Below, piece by piece: positions 48,784 to 64,000 of a DNA stretch of 64,000 nucleotides. Source of the DNA: the human T2T-CHM13v2.0 reference genome, Homo sapiens; NCBI RefSeq assembly GCF_009914755.1, contig NC_060927.1; one strand, given 5' to 3'. The position numbers and the translations under genes were made by a program. Under the pieces are notes generated by a model. The model was given only the letters and a program-made list of their open reading frames with translations, ran no database searches and was not told where the DNA came from. The first letter of the stretch is position 1. The number at the start of each line of letters is the position of its first letter.

Positions 48784-50369
48784 TCTTTCTTGGTACTTTT
48801 CTTGTTTGAAAGTACCTACATTTTGGGGCTCAAGACTCAGAAAGTCAGAGTGGAGAGTTGGGTGCCATGCTCCATTCTGCTTTTCCTGAAGTGCCTCAAA
48901 TGCTAGGCAGAGTCCCTGCACTCTCCGTGATAGGAATCTCCTCTGTGGCCAAAATTGGGCCTCCGTTTTTTTCACCGCAGGAATATACATGTCCTCATGG
49001 CCGTCTCCTGCCTGGGCAGCAGCGAAGCCTCCCCAGACTGCTCTGCCCTGTGGAAGAAAAGGCCTAGGTCCTGCTGTTTTCCCAGTCTCCTTTCCTGGGA
49101 GGTGGCCATGACTCGCTCCCATTAACCTGGGCAGAGGCTGTTTCCCATCTCTTCCTGCATGAGTTACTTCATGGAGCCTCGGAGGAGGAGCCCTGGACTC
49201 TGCTCGCCTGGGATTCCTGCTGTTCTACCCACTGTCCACCCAGAAGCTCCCTTCCCCGGGTCTGACATGACTTTCTCTTCTGAGCCAGGCCCAGCAGGAA
49301 GGATGCGTTTGTGTTCGGCCCTGCATTCCTGCAGTGTCCCTCGGGTGTGTGGCTGGAAATGATTTGTGTAAGGCACTCAGCCAGCCTCCCTTTTAATCAC
49401 TCCCATACTCACAGACAGAGGGAATCCCAGCCCCTCACCCAGGAGAGGGAAGGAACCTCCTTCATTTTGACAGGGCCTCCCTCCGTGGTGGGGTAAGCAG
49501 TGATTCTGGTCTCCAGGAAAGATGCTTCCAAGAGCCTCTTTCTCTGAGGCCTAATTATGAAATCGATATCTTCAGGAACCCCTCCTCCTTCCCTGGAGCT
49601 TCTGCAGGCAGACACTGCCCAGATAATGTTCAAACATGCATTGACCCGGCAGGGCTTCCTGAGCACCACTCTGGCTGGGGAGGAGGATGGGATCAGCTGG
49701 GCCTGGAAGAATGGGCAGGGTTTGCTTAGGACGTTTCGGGGAGGCAGATGGTGTAAGCTGGGGATGGGGTGAGGAAGGGAGAGAGTTAGGGGCAGCTTGA
49801 GGGAAATAGGGGTGTTTGTTGGGGAAGAGTGAGTGATGACTGGTCAGAGTCCCAACAGCAAACAGAGGACACAATTAAAATGGGATAGTTCCAGGATAGT
49901 TTATTTGCATAGGTGTGATCACAGGGAAACCACAAAGAATAGTGCAGTTAACTGGTCTTAGTAAGAGCCAAGGTGTTATCACCTCTAGGCACAAAGAGAC
50001 AAAGACCAGAACAGAGAGTCCTGCAGAGCAACTTGACTTGGAAGGAACAGAAGACTTCAGTCCAGGGGCACAGTAAGCTGGAGGCAACCTTGCAGGGAGA
50101 GACCCAGGCAGAGCTGGATTTGTAGTGACGCTGGCGAAGTTTAAGCTTCAGGATCCCACGCTTGCACAGGTGACTTCCAAAGCCGGGAGGAGTTCTAGCG
50201 ATGTATTCATATGTCACACATTTTGTAAATTTTGCAAAAGTAAGATAGTTTCATCCCAGTTTCCCTCCACTATACATATCTCATGGTTGGGTGGCTTTGG
50301 AGTCGTTGCGGGCATTTTTAGGATCTGGTTAAGGGGGAGATGGGTTTTGGTTTGGTTGGGTATATGTAA

Positions 50370-50702
<333 letters not shown>

Positions 50703-51227
50703 TAATTCATCACTAGCTGTCCTGATGTCAAAATGGCTTTCAGGAATACTCTCACCTCCAACTCACCTGGTGTCATGACTTGAAGGTGATGACAGGTCAT
50801 ATTGCAATATGTATGTGGTTAGTGGAAGAGAACAGAGGTTTGTAAGGTATGGAACCAGAAGATAGCCTATGGCAAATTCTTCCCATCATCAGACGTACAA
50901 TTTTAAGTGGAGAATTCAGTTCTCTTGGTCAGAAACATAATGTAGTACATGCAACTCTAAATACACCATACTATTTTCTCTTAAAATGGAATCTCACCCT
51001 TCAGAAATTCTTAAACATCTGTGTTTGTAGCCTATAAGCATAATAACATTTCAGATCGTACCAAAAGTAGTAATTTTTTAAGAAGAAGAAAGAAAAGGCA
51101 GGTAGAAATAAAGGCCCTTGGACCAGCTGGTAATCTTATTGTTAAAGGAAAGTAAAACATATTAACTCACTGGGAAAAGCTTTACATTTCTTGCTACTTT
51201 GATAAAAAATGCTGACATCTTTGAAGC

Positions 51228-51455
51228 TGTCTTAGATTGGGTTCCCTGGAGGCTGACCATGAAATGGAAAGTTGTGGGCCGGAGGCTTACCGTGGAGTGC
51301 TCTCAGGAGACATATGTGTGAGGAAATGAGGATGGCAGGATTGGGAGAAGCTGATCAGAAATATGGCCTCAGCCAATCTGATATCCCCAGCAGCTGAAGG
51401 ATGGCTGTGTTGGCCTGAAGAGGGGATCTGTGCGGTGGCCACAGCTCCCTCCACA
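51228..51455 (-). mobile_element. ERVL-class LTR fragment (LTR16-like)
   Basis: TGTCTTAGATTGGGTTCCCTGGAGGC...GAGTGCTCTCAGGAGACA...GGCCTCAGCCAATC; family by recollection. Confidence 0.5.
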
Positions 51456-51469
51456 GATGATAACGTAGG

Positions 51470-51607
51470 TCTCATGATACATCACTACAATGGGGACACC
51501 AAAGACAAACTGACTTCTCATGTACATCACTGCAATGGGGACACCAAAGACAAATGGACTTCTCATGATACATCACTACAATGGGGACACCAAAGACAAA
51601 CTGACTT
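51470..51607. repeat. 45-46-bp tandem repeat, 3 copies
   Basis: (TCTCATGATACATCACTACAATGGGGACACCAAAGACAAACTGACT)x3. Confidence 0.95.
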
Positions 51608-51729
51608 ATAAGTGTCATCAGCTCAAAGAGTAATGAAGATTACTTCCTGCACCAGGAAATTTGAAATGTCTGAAATCTTAGTTATATATGGAAGAAAATG
51701 ATAATGTTCCATCATTTGACATTCCATCA

Positions 51730-52267
<538 letters not shown>

Positions 52268-52772
52268 TTAAGAAAAATATCGTTATTTTTCTACGTTTTG
52301 TGATACTGTGTTGTTTGTAAGCTTTTTAAAAAGTGTAATTTGTCACCATTTCTTTTCTCATTCTAAATAGAGATTCCCTTTCGAATCTAACATGTTGTTC
52401 GTAACTGTGGGCTGGTAACACTGCAAGCTTAATCCATAAAACCAGGATCCACACTGAGATCCCGCGACCTCACAGTCCTCCCTTCCTCAGGTGTCCTAGA
52501 GCTTCCCTTTGGCTGAGCCCAACAGAAGCCAGGGAGCCGCTCTAGGTCGCCTCTTGGGTGGAGGGCAGGATGACAGAGGGTGGAGAGTGGATCAGGAGGC
52601 ACACATTGAAGCTAACAGGCACAGCTCAGCAATATGGAGCCAAATCATAGAGTCCTTGAAGGCTAGACTCAGCTTGCCCTTTATTCATGGAAAAATGACA
52701 TCTGAGTGACATAAAGACAAAAATCTATATTGAAGGAGCCTTTAATCCAGGGTCATAGAAGATGCCTGCCGC

Positions 52773-53105
52773 TCACCACGGGTGAACCAAAGTCCTGCAT
52801 TCACGCACAGGCCGGAGGACGTGTCTGCTCCTTCTCTCCTCTTCTGTGGCCTGGAAAATTTGCGTCTCAAAGGAAACTATTGGGAAGAAGCCAGCAAACA
52901 ACACCATGAAGGCAAAGGGGCAGAGCACCACCACCATGGACATGACCACCCTAAGCCAATCAGAGGCTGCCATGAGTCCTTTGATGCTGTTAGCAGCCCT
53001 GATATCCTGAGTGTCCAGGTACATCCACCCACCTCCATGCTGTAGTTGAGGCCCTGTCTTCTTGTTTCTTCCTCACCCGGTCAACTCCCAGAGGCGGCTC
53101 TCCAT
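52773..53105 (-). pseudogene. Candidate small single-pass membrane protein frame: 110 codons with one internal TGA (intact 83-aa ORF from 53024)
   Basis: Acceptor at 53118-53119, gccATGG at 53105, 27 uncharged residues, ATTAAA and AATAAA downstream; no homologue recognised. Confidence 0.35.
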
Positions 53106-54189
53106 GGCCAGTGCCAGCTGCACAAACAGAATCAGAGGGCCCTCCCGCCCTTGGAAGATAGTAGCCCAAGTTTGGGGTGGAGGTGCCAGAACCGAATCCT
53201 CTGTTGACTCTTCTGTGACTGTCCTGGGGAAATGAAATCCTGGCCTCTTTCCCTAGGTCTCTTCCTATTCTGTTGGATCCTGAGAGATTCCAGAGTGACC
53301 TTCTTTCCTCTACTCATCCCGTCAACGTTCTCCTTGACTGATCTCTCCCACACTTTGTCCTCCACCACAAGCCAGGACTCCTGGATCTGCCATTATCTCC
53401 AGCCAGCTGGCCTTCCTCGGATCCTTTTATGCAGCTTCCTGTGACGCACCCCTGCTCGGGTGTTTCCAAAAATACTTCAAAGGCAATATGTTCAAGACCA
53501 AACTCACCAAACCCTGACAATCTTCCCATTACAATAGTGCTCAGATCTGTTGTTTCCCATTCTCTCTCCTCTTCACTCCCCTACGTAGGCTCCTATTACC
53601 TCCTGGCCAGACCATTGTCTCAACCTCCTCTGGCTAGACCTGTTGCAGCCACTCTGTTCAGCTCCCTGCCTTGAGAATCCACCGCACACACAGTGCCATG
53701 GTGAGATTCCTAAAACACAGCGTGTCACTTCTCCGCTCAAACACCTTCTGGGGCTCTCTGTCACCTCAGAAATGGAATCCAAACCTCTCAGCCTGGCCAT
53801 TTTTATTCTGTAGTCAGGCATGCATGTGGTATTGCAGTTATTTTAAAATATAAAATTATATATTTGCCCCCAAACGACTTCTCCCTGCTCCCCATTAGAC
53901 AGTGAAGTTCTCGAGGAGGAGACAGGGCCCGAGGCACAATTGGCACCCAGGAAATGCTCGCTCAATGAATGAGCACTTTTACCTCGGCCTCTCTTTCTAC
54001 TTTTGTCACTCACTTGTGTCTCCAACCCACCCTCCCCGATCAGGCTAGTCAAACCTATGTGCTCACTGCTCACCCGCGTGCCCAAATTCACCTCTCATCT
54101 GTGCTGTTCACATGTGCCCCACTGACAGCTTTCTTCCCTAGTCCCTCCGCCACTTCCTTTCAGCCTCTGCCCACATGCGTATGTGGGAA

Positions 54190-54660
54190 CACAGGCATGC
54201 ACACATGCACATGTCACATATACACTGCACACACACCACACACAACACACAACCACATACACATGTGCACATGTCACATATACACTGCACACACACCACA
54301 CATATATGCACACAACACAGAGACCACATACACATATGCACATGCCACATATACACTGCACACACACCACACACGCACACACACAGCATACAACACACAG
54401 ACCACATACATATGTGCACATACCACATAGACACTGTATACACACACCACACTACACACATTACATACTGCACATGACACTGCACATATACACCACACAC
54501 ACACACACACACACCCCACACACACACCCCCACACACCCCCCCACACACACATCCCCGCACACACACCCCCACACATATGCACACACCCCCCACACAAAC
54601 ACCCCCATACACACGCACACCACACACACACACACACACACACACCACAAACTCACACAC
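54190..54660. repeat. Complex CA-rich low-complexity tandem repeat
   Basis: Recurring CACATATACACTGCACACACACCACAC blocks. Confidence 0.95.
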
Positions 54661-55129
54661 TGCTTTGCCTGTGAAGGCTTTCTTGCTTCTTTCTCCTCCC
54701 CTTTTTTCTCCCCAGGAACTAATCTCTCACAAGTTCCACAGCATTTGTTCGTATGCCTCCTATGGCGCAGATCATATTTTGCTGACATATTTCACTTACT
54801 GGTTTACAAGTCTTATCTCCTCTACTAGACAGAGAGAGCCTCCAGGACGCAGCTGGCAGCATTCATTTTTTCTCTCCAACAGCAACTGGCCTACAGTGGG
54901 TATTTAACACCCGATTGTGAATGAATGCATTTGCCCTTCAAAGCAGGAAGGCCTTTCTTCTTGCTGTGGGTTAAACATATATTTTATTTCCACATATATA
55001 ATTCATGATTGCATTCTTACTGCAAAACACTCAAACAATATAAATAAAGCTAAAGTTCCTTTTGCTTAGCCCCAATCCCAATCCTCTCCCCATTTACATA
55101 CCTATAAAATCCAGGTATAATATAGTTTT

Positions 55130-56620
<1,491 letters not shown>

Positions 56621-56676
56621 TTTATCACTCCATTTAAAGTCTGTTTCTTATAAACAGGATTAAGATAGGTTTTTGT

Positions 56677-56972
56677 GGCTGTGCTGCGTGGTGGCTCATG
56701 CCTGTAATCCTAGCACTTTGGGAGGCCAAGGCGGGTGGATCACCTGAGGTCAAGAGTTCAAGACCAACCTGGCCAACATGGTTAAATGTCGTCTCTACTA
56801 AAAATTCAAAAATTAGCCGGGCGTGGTGGCACGTGCTTGTAGTCCCAGCTACTTAGGAGGCTGAGGCAGGAGAATCGCTTGAACCTCGGGAGGCGGAGGT
56901 TGCAGTGAGCGGAGATCACACCACTGCGTTCCAGCCTGGGTGACAGCACGAGACTCCGTCTCAGAAAAAAAA
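56677..56972 (+). mobile_element. AluS element
   Basis: TSD-like AAGATAGGTTTTTG/AAGATAGATTTTTG. Confidence 0.94.
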
Positions 56973-57471
56973 AGATAGATTTTTGGTTTTTTAGCCCAGT
57001 CTATATTCTGCCTTTTAAAGAGAGAATTCAGTTCATTCTCTGTGTACACAGAGATAGTGTACAACAATAGTGTACAACTGTTGTATTTCATTTTATTCCT
57101 TCCAGCTTATGTTTCTAATGATTTTTTTTCTTAATTTTAGTGGCTTGCTCAGGTTGCTTTCCACCCTTATTAATGTGGACATTTTCATTCCGCGAATGGT
57201 TATATCACCTTTCCTTTCCTGGTGTTCATAATCAAACTCTATTTCTTTAGTATTATAGGGATACGAGATATGATTTCTCCACTCAGACACTATTCTCTGA
57301 CTATTCCTCCCCTTCAGGTGTTTCTTTCCTCCACCAATGAGACATTCAGAATACCGTTACTTTCCCCATTTTCTTCCTGTCACCCCAATTAGTCTGTGGG
57401 ATGCTTTTACTCCCCACGCCCTGTTGCCAGCGTCTAGGTGCAGCTGAAACCGCTTAGCACTTTTCTTTCTA

Positions 57472-57552
57472 AATCCTGTCTCTACTGAAAATACAAAATC
57501 AGGCAGGTGTGGTGGCGCATGCCTGTAATCCCTGCTGCTCAGGAGGTTGAGA
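57472..57552 (+). mobile_element. Orphan Alu central fragment
   Basis: CCTGTCTCTACTGAAAATACAAAAT...GTGGTGGCGCATGCCTGTAATCCC. Confidence 0.8.
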
Positions 57553-57820
57553 ATTTCCTTTGCAGTGTTTCACTTCTATTTCAAGAATCCTTATTCAGTG
57601 TTACACATTTCCAGACAGTCTGTCATTATCCATTTATATTTAATAATACATATGTATATATCAATACATACATAAATACATATATATACACACACATATG
57701 TGGGTATATATGGTTAAATATGTATGTATATCTACACATATATAGTTAAGCGTGATTTATCATTCACTTCTGTTTCCTCTTTTCTTCTCTGTTAGAATTC
57801 ATTGGATTTTGGTTGAAGTC

Positions 57821-57916
57821 TTTTTTTTCTTTTTTTTCTGAGATGACCTAAATGATCCACCCGCCTTGGCCTCCCAAAGTCCTGCGATTATAGGGCGTGA
57901 GCCACTGCGCCGGGCT
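57821..57916 (-). mobile_element. Alu with about 200-bp internal deletion and intact TSD
   Basis: T tail, CTGAGA|TGACCTAAATGATCC...GCGCCGGGC; TSD ATTTTGGTTGA(A/G)GTCTTT. Confidence 0.85.
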
Positions 57917-58341
57917 TATTTTGGTTGAGGTCTTTAAAACTCTTTTCTTCAGAGACTGCATGTGAGCGATGTAATTTTTGAATCCTTGCATACGTGTGTG
58001 TCTGTGTGTGTGTGTTTCACTCCTGTGGGTGAATGATGGCTTGGCTAGGTACACAATTCCAAGGCTGCAGTCTTTATAACCCGTGAGTCTGTATCTGTCA
58101 GGCCGCTGTCTTTTGTCCCTGTTGTCCTCTTTGATTCAGTTATTGGTCCCCTGTTAGGTCTCCTAAATCTGCCCTGCAAATGGCTCCCATTTTCCCCGAC
58201 AGTTTCTACCCCTCTGCATTTTGCTCTGTGGTTTGCAGTATTCCTCACATTCATCCGTCAAGCCACGAATTCAAGCCTTATCTCTGGCTATCTTTCCACT
58301 TAAATTATCCATTTCACTTTTTGGTTAAATAAGAATGTTTT

Positions 58342-58631
58342 GACCAGGCACGGTGGCTCACGCCTGTAATCCCAGCACTTTGGGAGGCCGAGGCAGGTGG
58401 ATCACTTGAGGTCAGGAGTTCAAGACCAGCCTGGCCAACGTGGTGAAAACCCATCTCTACTAAAGATACAAAATCAGCCAGGTGTGGTGGCACACGCCTG
58501 TAATACCAGCTACTCAGGAGGCTGAGGCAGGAGAATCACTTGAACTCAGGAGGCGGAGGCTGCAGTGAGCCGAGAGCGAGCCACTGCACTCCAGCCTGGG
58601 AAACAGAGTAAGACTCTGTCTCAAAAAAAAA
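58342..58631 (+). mobile_element. AluS element
   Basis: TSD AAGAATGTTTTGA. Confidence 0.95.
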
Positions 58632-59235
58632 GAATGTTTTGAAGTTTCAGGCCATATTCGTTGAGTTCTTCTGCTGTTGTTATTGTTGCACTGTGCTCTG
58701 TCTCCCCGGAAGCCCGTTCTGGAATTTTGGTGCATTCCTCCCTTTGCGCCTTCGGCCTCCTTGGTATGTTGTTTCCTTTCTTTGCCTGACCCCTGTGGCT
58801 CAGCAGCTAGAAAACCACAGGTTGTGGAGGGGCCTCGGTGCTGTCGGTCCCTGGAGGTCCAGGTAAGAGCAGGCAGACCAGTAGGCATTCCCTATTGAGC
58901 AAGAGGAGCTGCCCCTGGGTCTCACAGCTCACCTGTTCAGTTCCTCCTTAGCTTTTTGGGGGCTGAGGAGACAAGTATGTGTATGTGGCCAGAGCGGTAC
59001 TTCCCTTAGAATCTCGTCCAGGCTCTCTTAGAGGGGAGGAAGCCCCACTTCACCACCCAGCATATTTCCTTCAGGCTCTTGCCTACCTGCTGGCCGCAGT
59101 AACAAGTTGGCTTGGAAGAGGTGGTGGGTAGTGTCTGGAATGGTATGTTATGTGGAGGGAAGGCAGACACATTAAGCTGCTGCTGTCCCAGAATCCCCGT
59201 GTCTTCACACTCTATTCAGGTTTTCCGATCTCTAG

Positions 59236-59567
<332 letters not shown>

Positions 59568-59569
59568 TA

Positions 59570-60025
59570 AAATTTTTAATTGAGGTAAAATAGATATAAA
59601 ATGTACCATCTTACCCATTTTAGGGATATGGTTCAGTAGTGTTAATTGCACTCACAGTGTTCTGCAACCATCTCCAGAACTATTTTTATCTTATAAAGTT
59701 GAAACTACAGCCATTAAACAACACATCCCCCTTCCTCCCTCCCCAGCCCCTGGCAACCGCCATTCTACATTCTGTCTCCAGGAATTTGACTATTGTAACT
59801 ACTTCCTGTGAGTGGAATCATACAGTATTTGCCTTTTGTGACTGGCGTATTTCACTTAGCGCAACGCCCTCGAGTTTCGTCCATGCTGCAGCATGTGTTG
59901 GAATTTCCCTCCTCTCTAAGGCTAAAGAGTGTTCCACTGTGCACACCACATTGTGTTTACCTGTTCGTCTGTCGACGGATACTTACGTGGCTTCCAGCTT
60001 TTGGCTGTTGTGAATAACGCCATCA
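59570..60025 (-). mobile_element. L1MB-type 3' end
   Basis: CCCCAGCCCCTGGCAACCGCCATTCTAC...GTGGAATCATACAGTATTTG. Confidence 0.88.
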
Positions 60026-60469
60026 CCCAGCTCCAGCGATTATCAACTCAGAGCCAATCCTGCTGCAGCGGTAACCCCACTCACTTCCCATTTCATATTA
60101 TTTTGAAGTAAATCTGAATGAGGTATTTTACCATTATCTTTTCTGTTTGGTTGAAGATCACTCCCGTGGAGAATCAGAGCCCGAAACTAACAAATACTAT
60201 TCCGCCCCAAATTGTTTAAATGTGTTTGGCATGAAGACGGAAGGCAGAGGAGGTGGGAGGCTGCCACAATAAGAAAGGGTGGATGAGGAAGGAGAAGTGG
60301 GTCAGAGAGCAGCTAAGACTTATCCCGAGGACGTGAGCTTCTGCTCTCCCTCGGTGCCACCTCTTTCCCCCTCAAACCTAGTCCTCGGGTTCTTGAAGCA
60401 GGGAAGACTCCAAAGATTCCAGACCACTGCAACCATCCTAGTTTTAGGGTCCCTAGTTTTAGGGCCCTG

Positions 60470-60640
60470 CCCAGAGACATCGCCAACATCTCACTGGCCA
60501 GAACTATGTCACATGGCCATCCCTAGCTGCCAGGGAGGCTGGGAAGTTAAGTACTTCAGCTTTCTAGACTCTGTGGTCATGATGGCAAGGGCAAGGGGCT
60601 GAAGTGGGTGTTGAGAGAGCCAACCAAGGTATCTGCCACG
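60470..60640 (-). mobile_element. MLT1-type LTR fragment
   Basis: CATCTCACTGGCCAGAACTATGTCACATGGCCATCCCTAGCTGCCAGGGAGGCTGGGAA. Confidence 0.7.
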
Positions 60641-60724
60641 CGATGGCTCAGAGCCTGGGAACCATGACAATTTCTGTGAGCCGTGGCAGTTTGAGGCCTA
60701 CAGTTCACTCTATGTCATTAATTG

Positions 60725-60727
<3 letters not shown>

Positions 60728-60761
<34 letters not shown>

Positions 60762-60789
60762 ATGAGAGAGAGACAGAGAGAGAGAGAGG
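60728..60789. repeat. (TG)n(GA)n microsatellite
   Basis: Visible directly. Confidence 0.95.
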
Positions 60790-61165
60790 ATAATTTGTGA
60801 GTGAACCCTTTGTTCTTCATCCCTTCTCCATCTTGTGCTCCCCCCATAGCCTAGGAACTTCCCCAGGTTCATGGATTTCTTGACCACTCACCGTCTGTAG
60901 ACACCGTCTTCAGACACCATCTCAGCACTGAAGACACACTGTGAACAAGGCATGTGTGTAGCCCCAGCCCCCATGAAGCTTACAGTCTAGCAGGAAGGAC
61001 AGCATTTTAAAAGTTGCTAAATGATAGGGACTTGTCCATGAAACTGAATTGAATCTGGTTTAGCTGGTCAACAAAGAGAGTCTAATTTGCCATTAGACTA
61101 CCATTTTGGTAATCGCTAGTTCTGAATGTCTGGCATGTAGTAGGCCCTCAGAAAATATCTGCTGG

Positions 61166-61460
<295 letters not shown>

Positions 61461-62619
61461 TGCTGAAGATAGATATTTGAGTTTCTATTTGATATCCCTG
61501 CCTGGAGTTATCGGCTCTCTCAGGTCAGAGGGCATGGCGGATTTATTTTCGTGTCCTCAGTGTCTAGCTCAGTACTGGCACACAGTAGGAACTCGGGAAG
61601 TATTTGAAGAATGGAACGGAATCCCGTTTATGTCATCTATAAAGACCATCAACTTGGCAATTGGGCCAAAATCCTTTTTGGGTGTGTGCTCTCTGGGTCA
61701 CTGTGGTACAATCAGAGCAATGAGTTATTTTAAACCTCATAAACTTTTTTTGTGTGTGAAGCCACAGTCTCATCCTGGCACAAAATACACACATCTTGTT
61801 CCCATGAGGTCATGGCCAGGGGAGATTAACTCAGAGAGCCTCGGCAGGTTTCCATATCTGTGAGTGTGGCAGCACGCTGCACTGCCTGGCTTTCCTCCAT
61901 GCTGCCCTGCCCCCGCTGTGTCTGCAGGAGCAATGATTGAGGATGAGACCTCTTTCTCCACTGAAGGAAGGAGTGGGGCATTCACAGAGGAATGAACTGA
62001 GTGTCTTTCTTCCCTTTTTCTTTTTACCTTGTTTCCGAAATTTTCTCTGACCTGAGACCTGAAAGGCACATGCACGCCTCCTAATTGCTGTTGCCCCGGA
62101 CGAAGAGTCTTCGGTGGACTCTTGCCTCTGTTCTTAGGCCTTGAGGTCAAGTCTGGTGGAAAAGTGCTCTGCCATGATGATGTGTAGAATGTCGGTTTTA
62201 TCCCAATTCAAAAGAAACACAGCATAATAGAATTTTCTCAACTATGAATTTTTCTCTTACATGTTTTTCTTAAGCTCTTAATGGATTTCTTTTGACCACT
62301 GGTGAGCTGCAGGCACAGCAAGTGAACTATTTTGCCGAAGCTCCAGAGACATGACCGTGGGCCTGCGCTACCTGGACTGATTGGAACAGCATTGCTGCTG
62401 GTCATGCTCAGAAGCCACCTGCTGCCTGGAAGGCAGGGAAGGGAGGTCAGCTTGACCTGCTGCTTAATTGTGTCCAGATGTCTCTATACTCTGATCCACC
62501 TACAGAAAAGGACACTCAAATGTGAAAAGAACATCTCTACTTGACTCAGAATGTTTCTTCAGAGTGACAGTGACAGTGACAGTGAGGTGACAGTGACTGA
62601 CAGGGAGGCGAGCAGGCTG

Positions 62620-62780
62620 GCTGGGAGCCTGGCAGTCCTAAGTTCTTATCTTAGCTCTTCTACTCACTAACTGTAACTTCGGGCAAGTTAACCTCTATGA
62701 GCCTCAGTTTCTTCATCTGTAAAATGGGGAGGTGACTGTTAGAGTTTTTGGTAGGATGGACTAAGCAGATACATGAAGAG
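62620..62780 (+). mobile_element. MIR SINE
   Basis: GGGCAAGTTAACCTCTATGAGCCTCAGTTTCTTCATCTGTAAAATGGGG. Confidence 0.8.
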
Positions 62781-63474
62781 TGGCTGGCAGGACCCCTGAT
62801 TCAAGAGAAATGGCCGTGATTATGACTCTGATTCATATTGTATTGGTTGCTAGGTGGCTATTTTGTGGGGAGAGGGTGTAACTTGATCACAGGTATGTAC
62901 GGCCAGAAGCACTGGCTCCAGCTGTCCTTTCAAAAGCTCTCAGGTTATGGAGTCGTACATTGTTCTACTTACTGTATCCTCATTAATTCTTGATCCATCC
63001 CTCAGCCCTTCTTCCCACTCACTTAGATAAAGCAGAGACCTGTGGTTTTCCTGCTGGCATTTTGTTCAGACACTGGTTTCTGAAGGTCTTTCCTGCCACT
63101 TGGAAGGATGGAGGAATACAAGGACTGAGAATGTTTGACTCCTTGGAGGGAGACACAGGGTTTCACGGGATTAGCTGACACAGCATGTAATCACCTTTCT
63201 GCTGCTCCTTAAGGCGGGGGGTGGGGGGTCTATTACTGTTGCTTCTTAAGTAAGCTTAGACGGAGCCTGGCTTCGCAGGCCCAGAATCCACTGCTGGACA
63301 CTTTCCCTCCCTGGCCATGGCTTCTTGTGGCCAGAGGGGAATTCCCAGCAAAACTGTTGAGCCAACCTGGCACATGGACCCAGCCTAGCAGTCCACCCTA
63401 CTCTGTTCTGTGGAGTCCGGGGAGGGTCTTGTTCTTGCTGGACATTTCCCCTGGGCACTTTATTCAAGAATGAA

Positions 63475-63925
63475 GGAACGAGAGACAGAGAGCTGAGTCT
63501 GAGAGGCAGAGAGAATCAAAGAGACAGAGACTGAAAGAGACATGCACACAGACAGAAAGAGACAGCGGTACAGAGAGAAACTAAGAGGCAGTCTGAGAGA
63601 CAAGGAGACAGAGACAAGGAGACGACGACTGAAGGAGAGACACACAGAGAGACAGGGGGACAGACAGACGTGTGGGCAGAGGGAGCAAGCGAGAGACAGA
63701 GAGAGCAGAGTGTTAAAGGGACAGAAAGAAACAGAGAGAGACTGAAAGCAGAGAAAGAGAGACAGAGAGAAACAAACACACAGTGAGACAGAAACAGACA
63801 CACACAGACAGGACAGAGAAGTAAACATAGAGGAATACACAGGCAGGCATGCAGAGAGATGGAGACGAAATCACACAGAGGCAGAGCTATAGACGGAGAG
63901 ACGAGACACATTCAGAGAGAGAAAA
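63475..63925. repeat. GA/GACA-rich low-complexity tract
   Basis: Degenerate (GAGACA)n purine-rich run. Confidence 0.9.
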
Positions 63926-64000
63926 AGCAAAGAGTTTCGGGGGAGATGAGGCTAAAGAGAAATGCCGGACTTGGCGGGAGACAGGACAAAGCAGTGGCTC

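Noticed and set aside
51470-51607. Regularly spaced repeats suggestive of a CRISPR array
   Set aside because: Head-to-tail units with no unique spacers, no cas genes, and eukaryotic context
52990-53035. VDVPGH in an alternative minus frame, reminiscent of the translation-GTPase DxPGH motif
   Set aside because: No flanking similarity and a stop follows within a few codons; likely chance
53969-54907. His/Thr-rich and Cys/Val-rich ORFs up to 216 aa
   Set aside because: Artefacts of the CA/TG repeat
63460-63911. Ser/Leu/Cys-rich ORFs
   Set aside because: Artefacts of the GA-rich low-complexity tract

Overview
Primate (human-like) genomic DNA, not microbial. The left part is the 5' end of DLG1 (SAP97) on the minus strand. 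Two coding exons (6451-6500, 5611-5742) splice to give [50 protein letters not shown](D), the start of the L27 domain. A CpG-island bidirectional promoter lies at about 6.7-8.6 kb with candidate alternative non-coding first exons, and the MIR4797 hairpin sits in the intron (3143-3214). From established knowledge DLG1 is at human 3q29 and has a divergent lncRNA, DLG1-AS1. The remaining ~55 kb is upstream/intergenic and dominated by ~40 Alu copies or fragments, L1, L2, MIR, MaLR/ERV LTRs and hAT DNA-transposon fossils. Almost all ORFs in the supplied track are repeat or GC-rich artefacts. The most interesting unexplained signal is a terminal-exon-like cassette at 52680-53119 (minus strand): splice acceptor, Kozak ATG, a 110-codon frame with one internal TGA and a 27-residue uncharged segment, and two poly(A) signals. 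It may be a small membrane-protein gene or unitary pseudogene. Other notable items are a U13 snoRNA retrocopy, a 2.9-kb L1 patchwork bounded by a 16-bp direct repeat, and several rearranged Alus. Repeat family names and boundaries are by eye and approximate; no database search was run.
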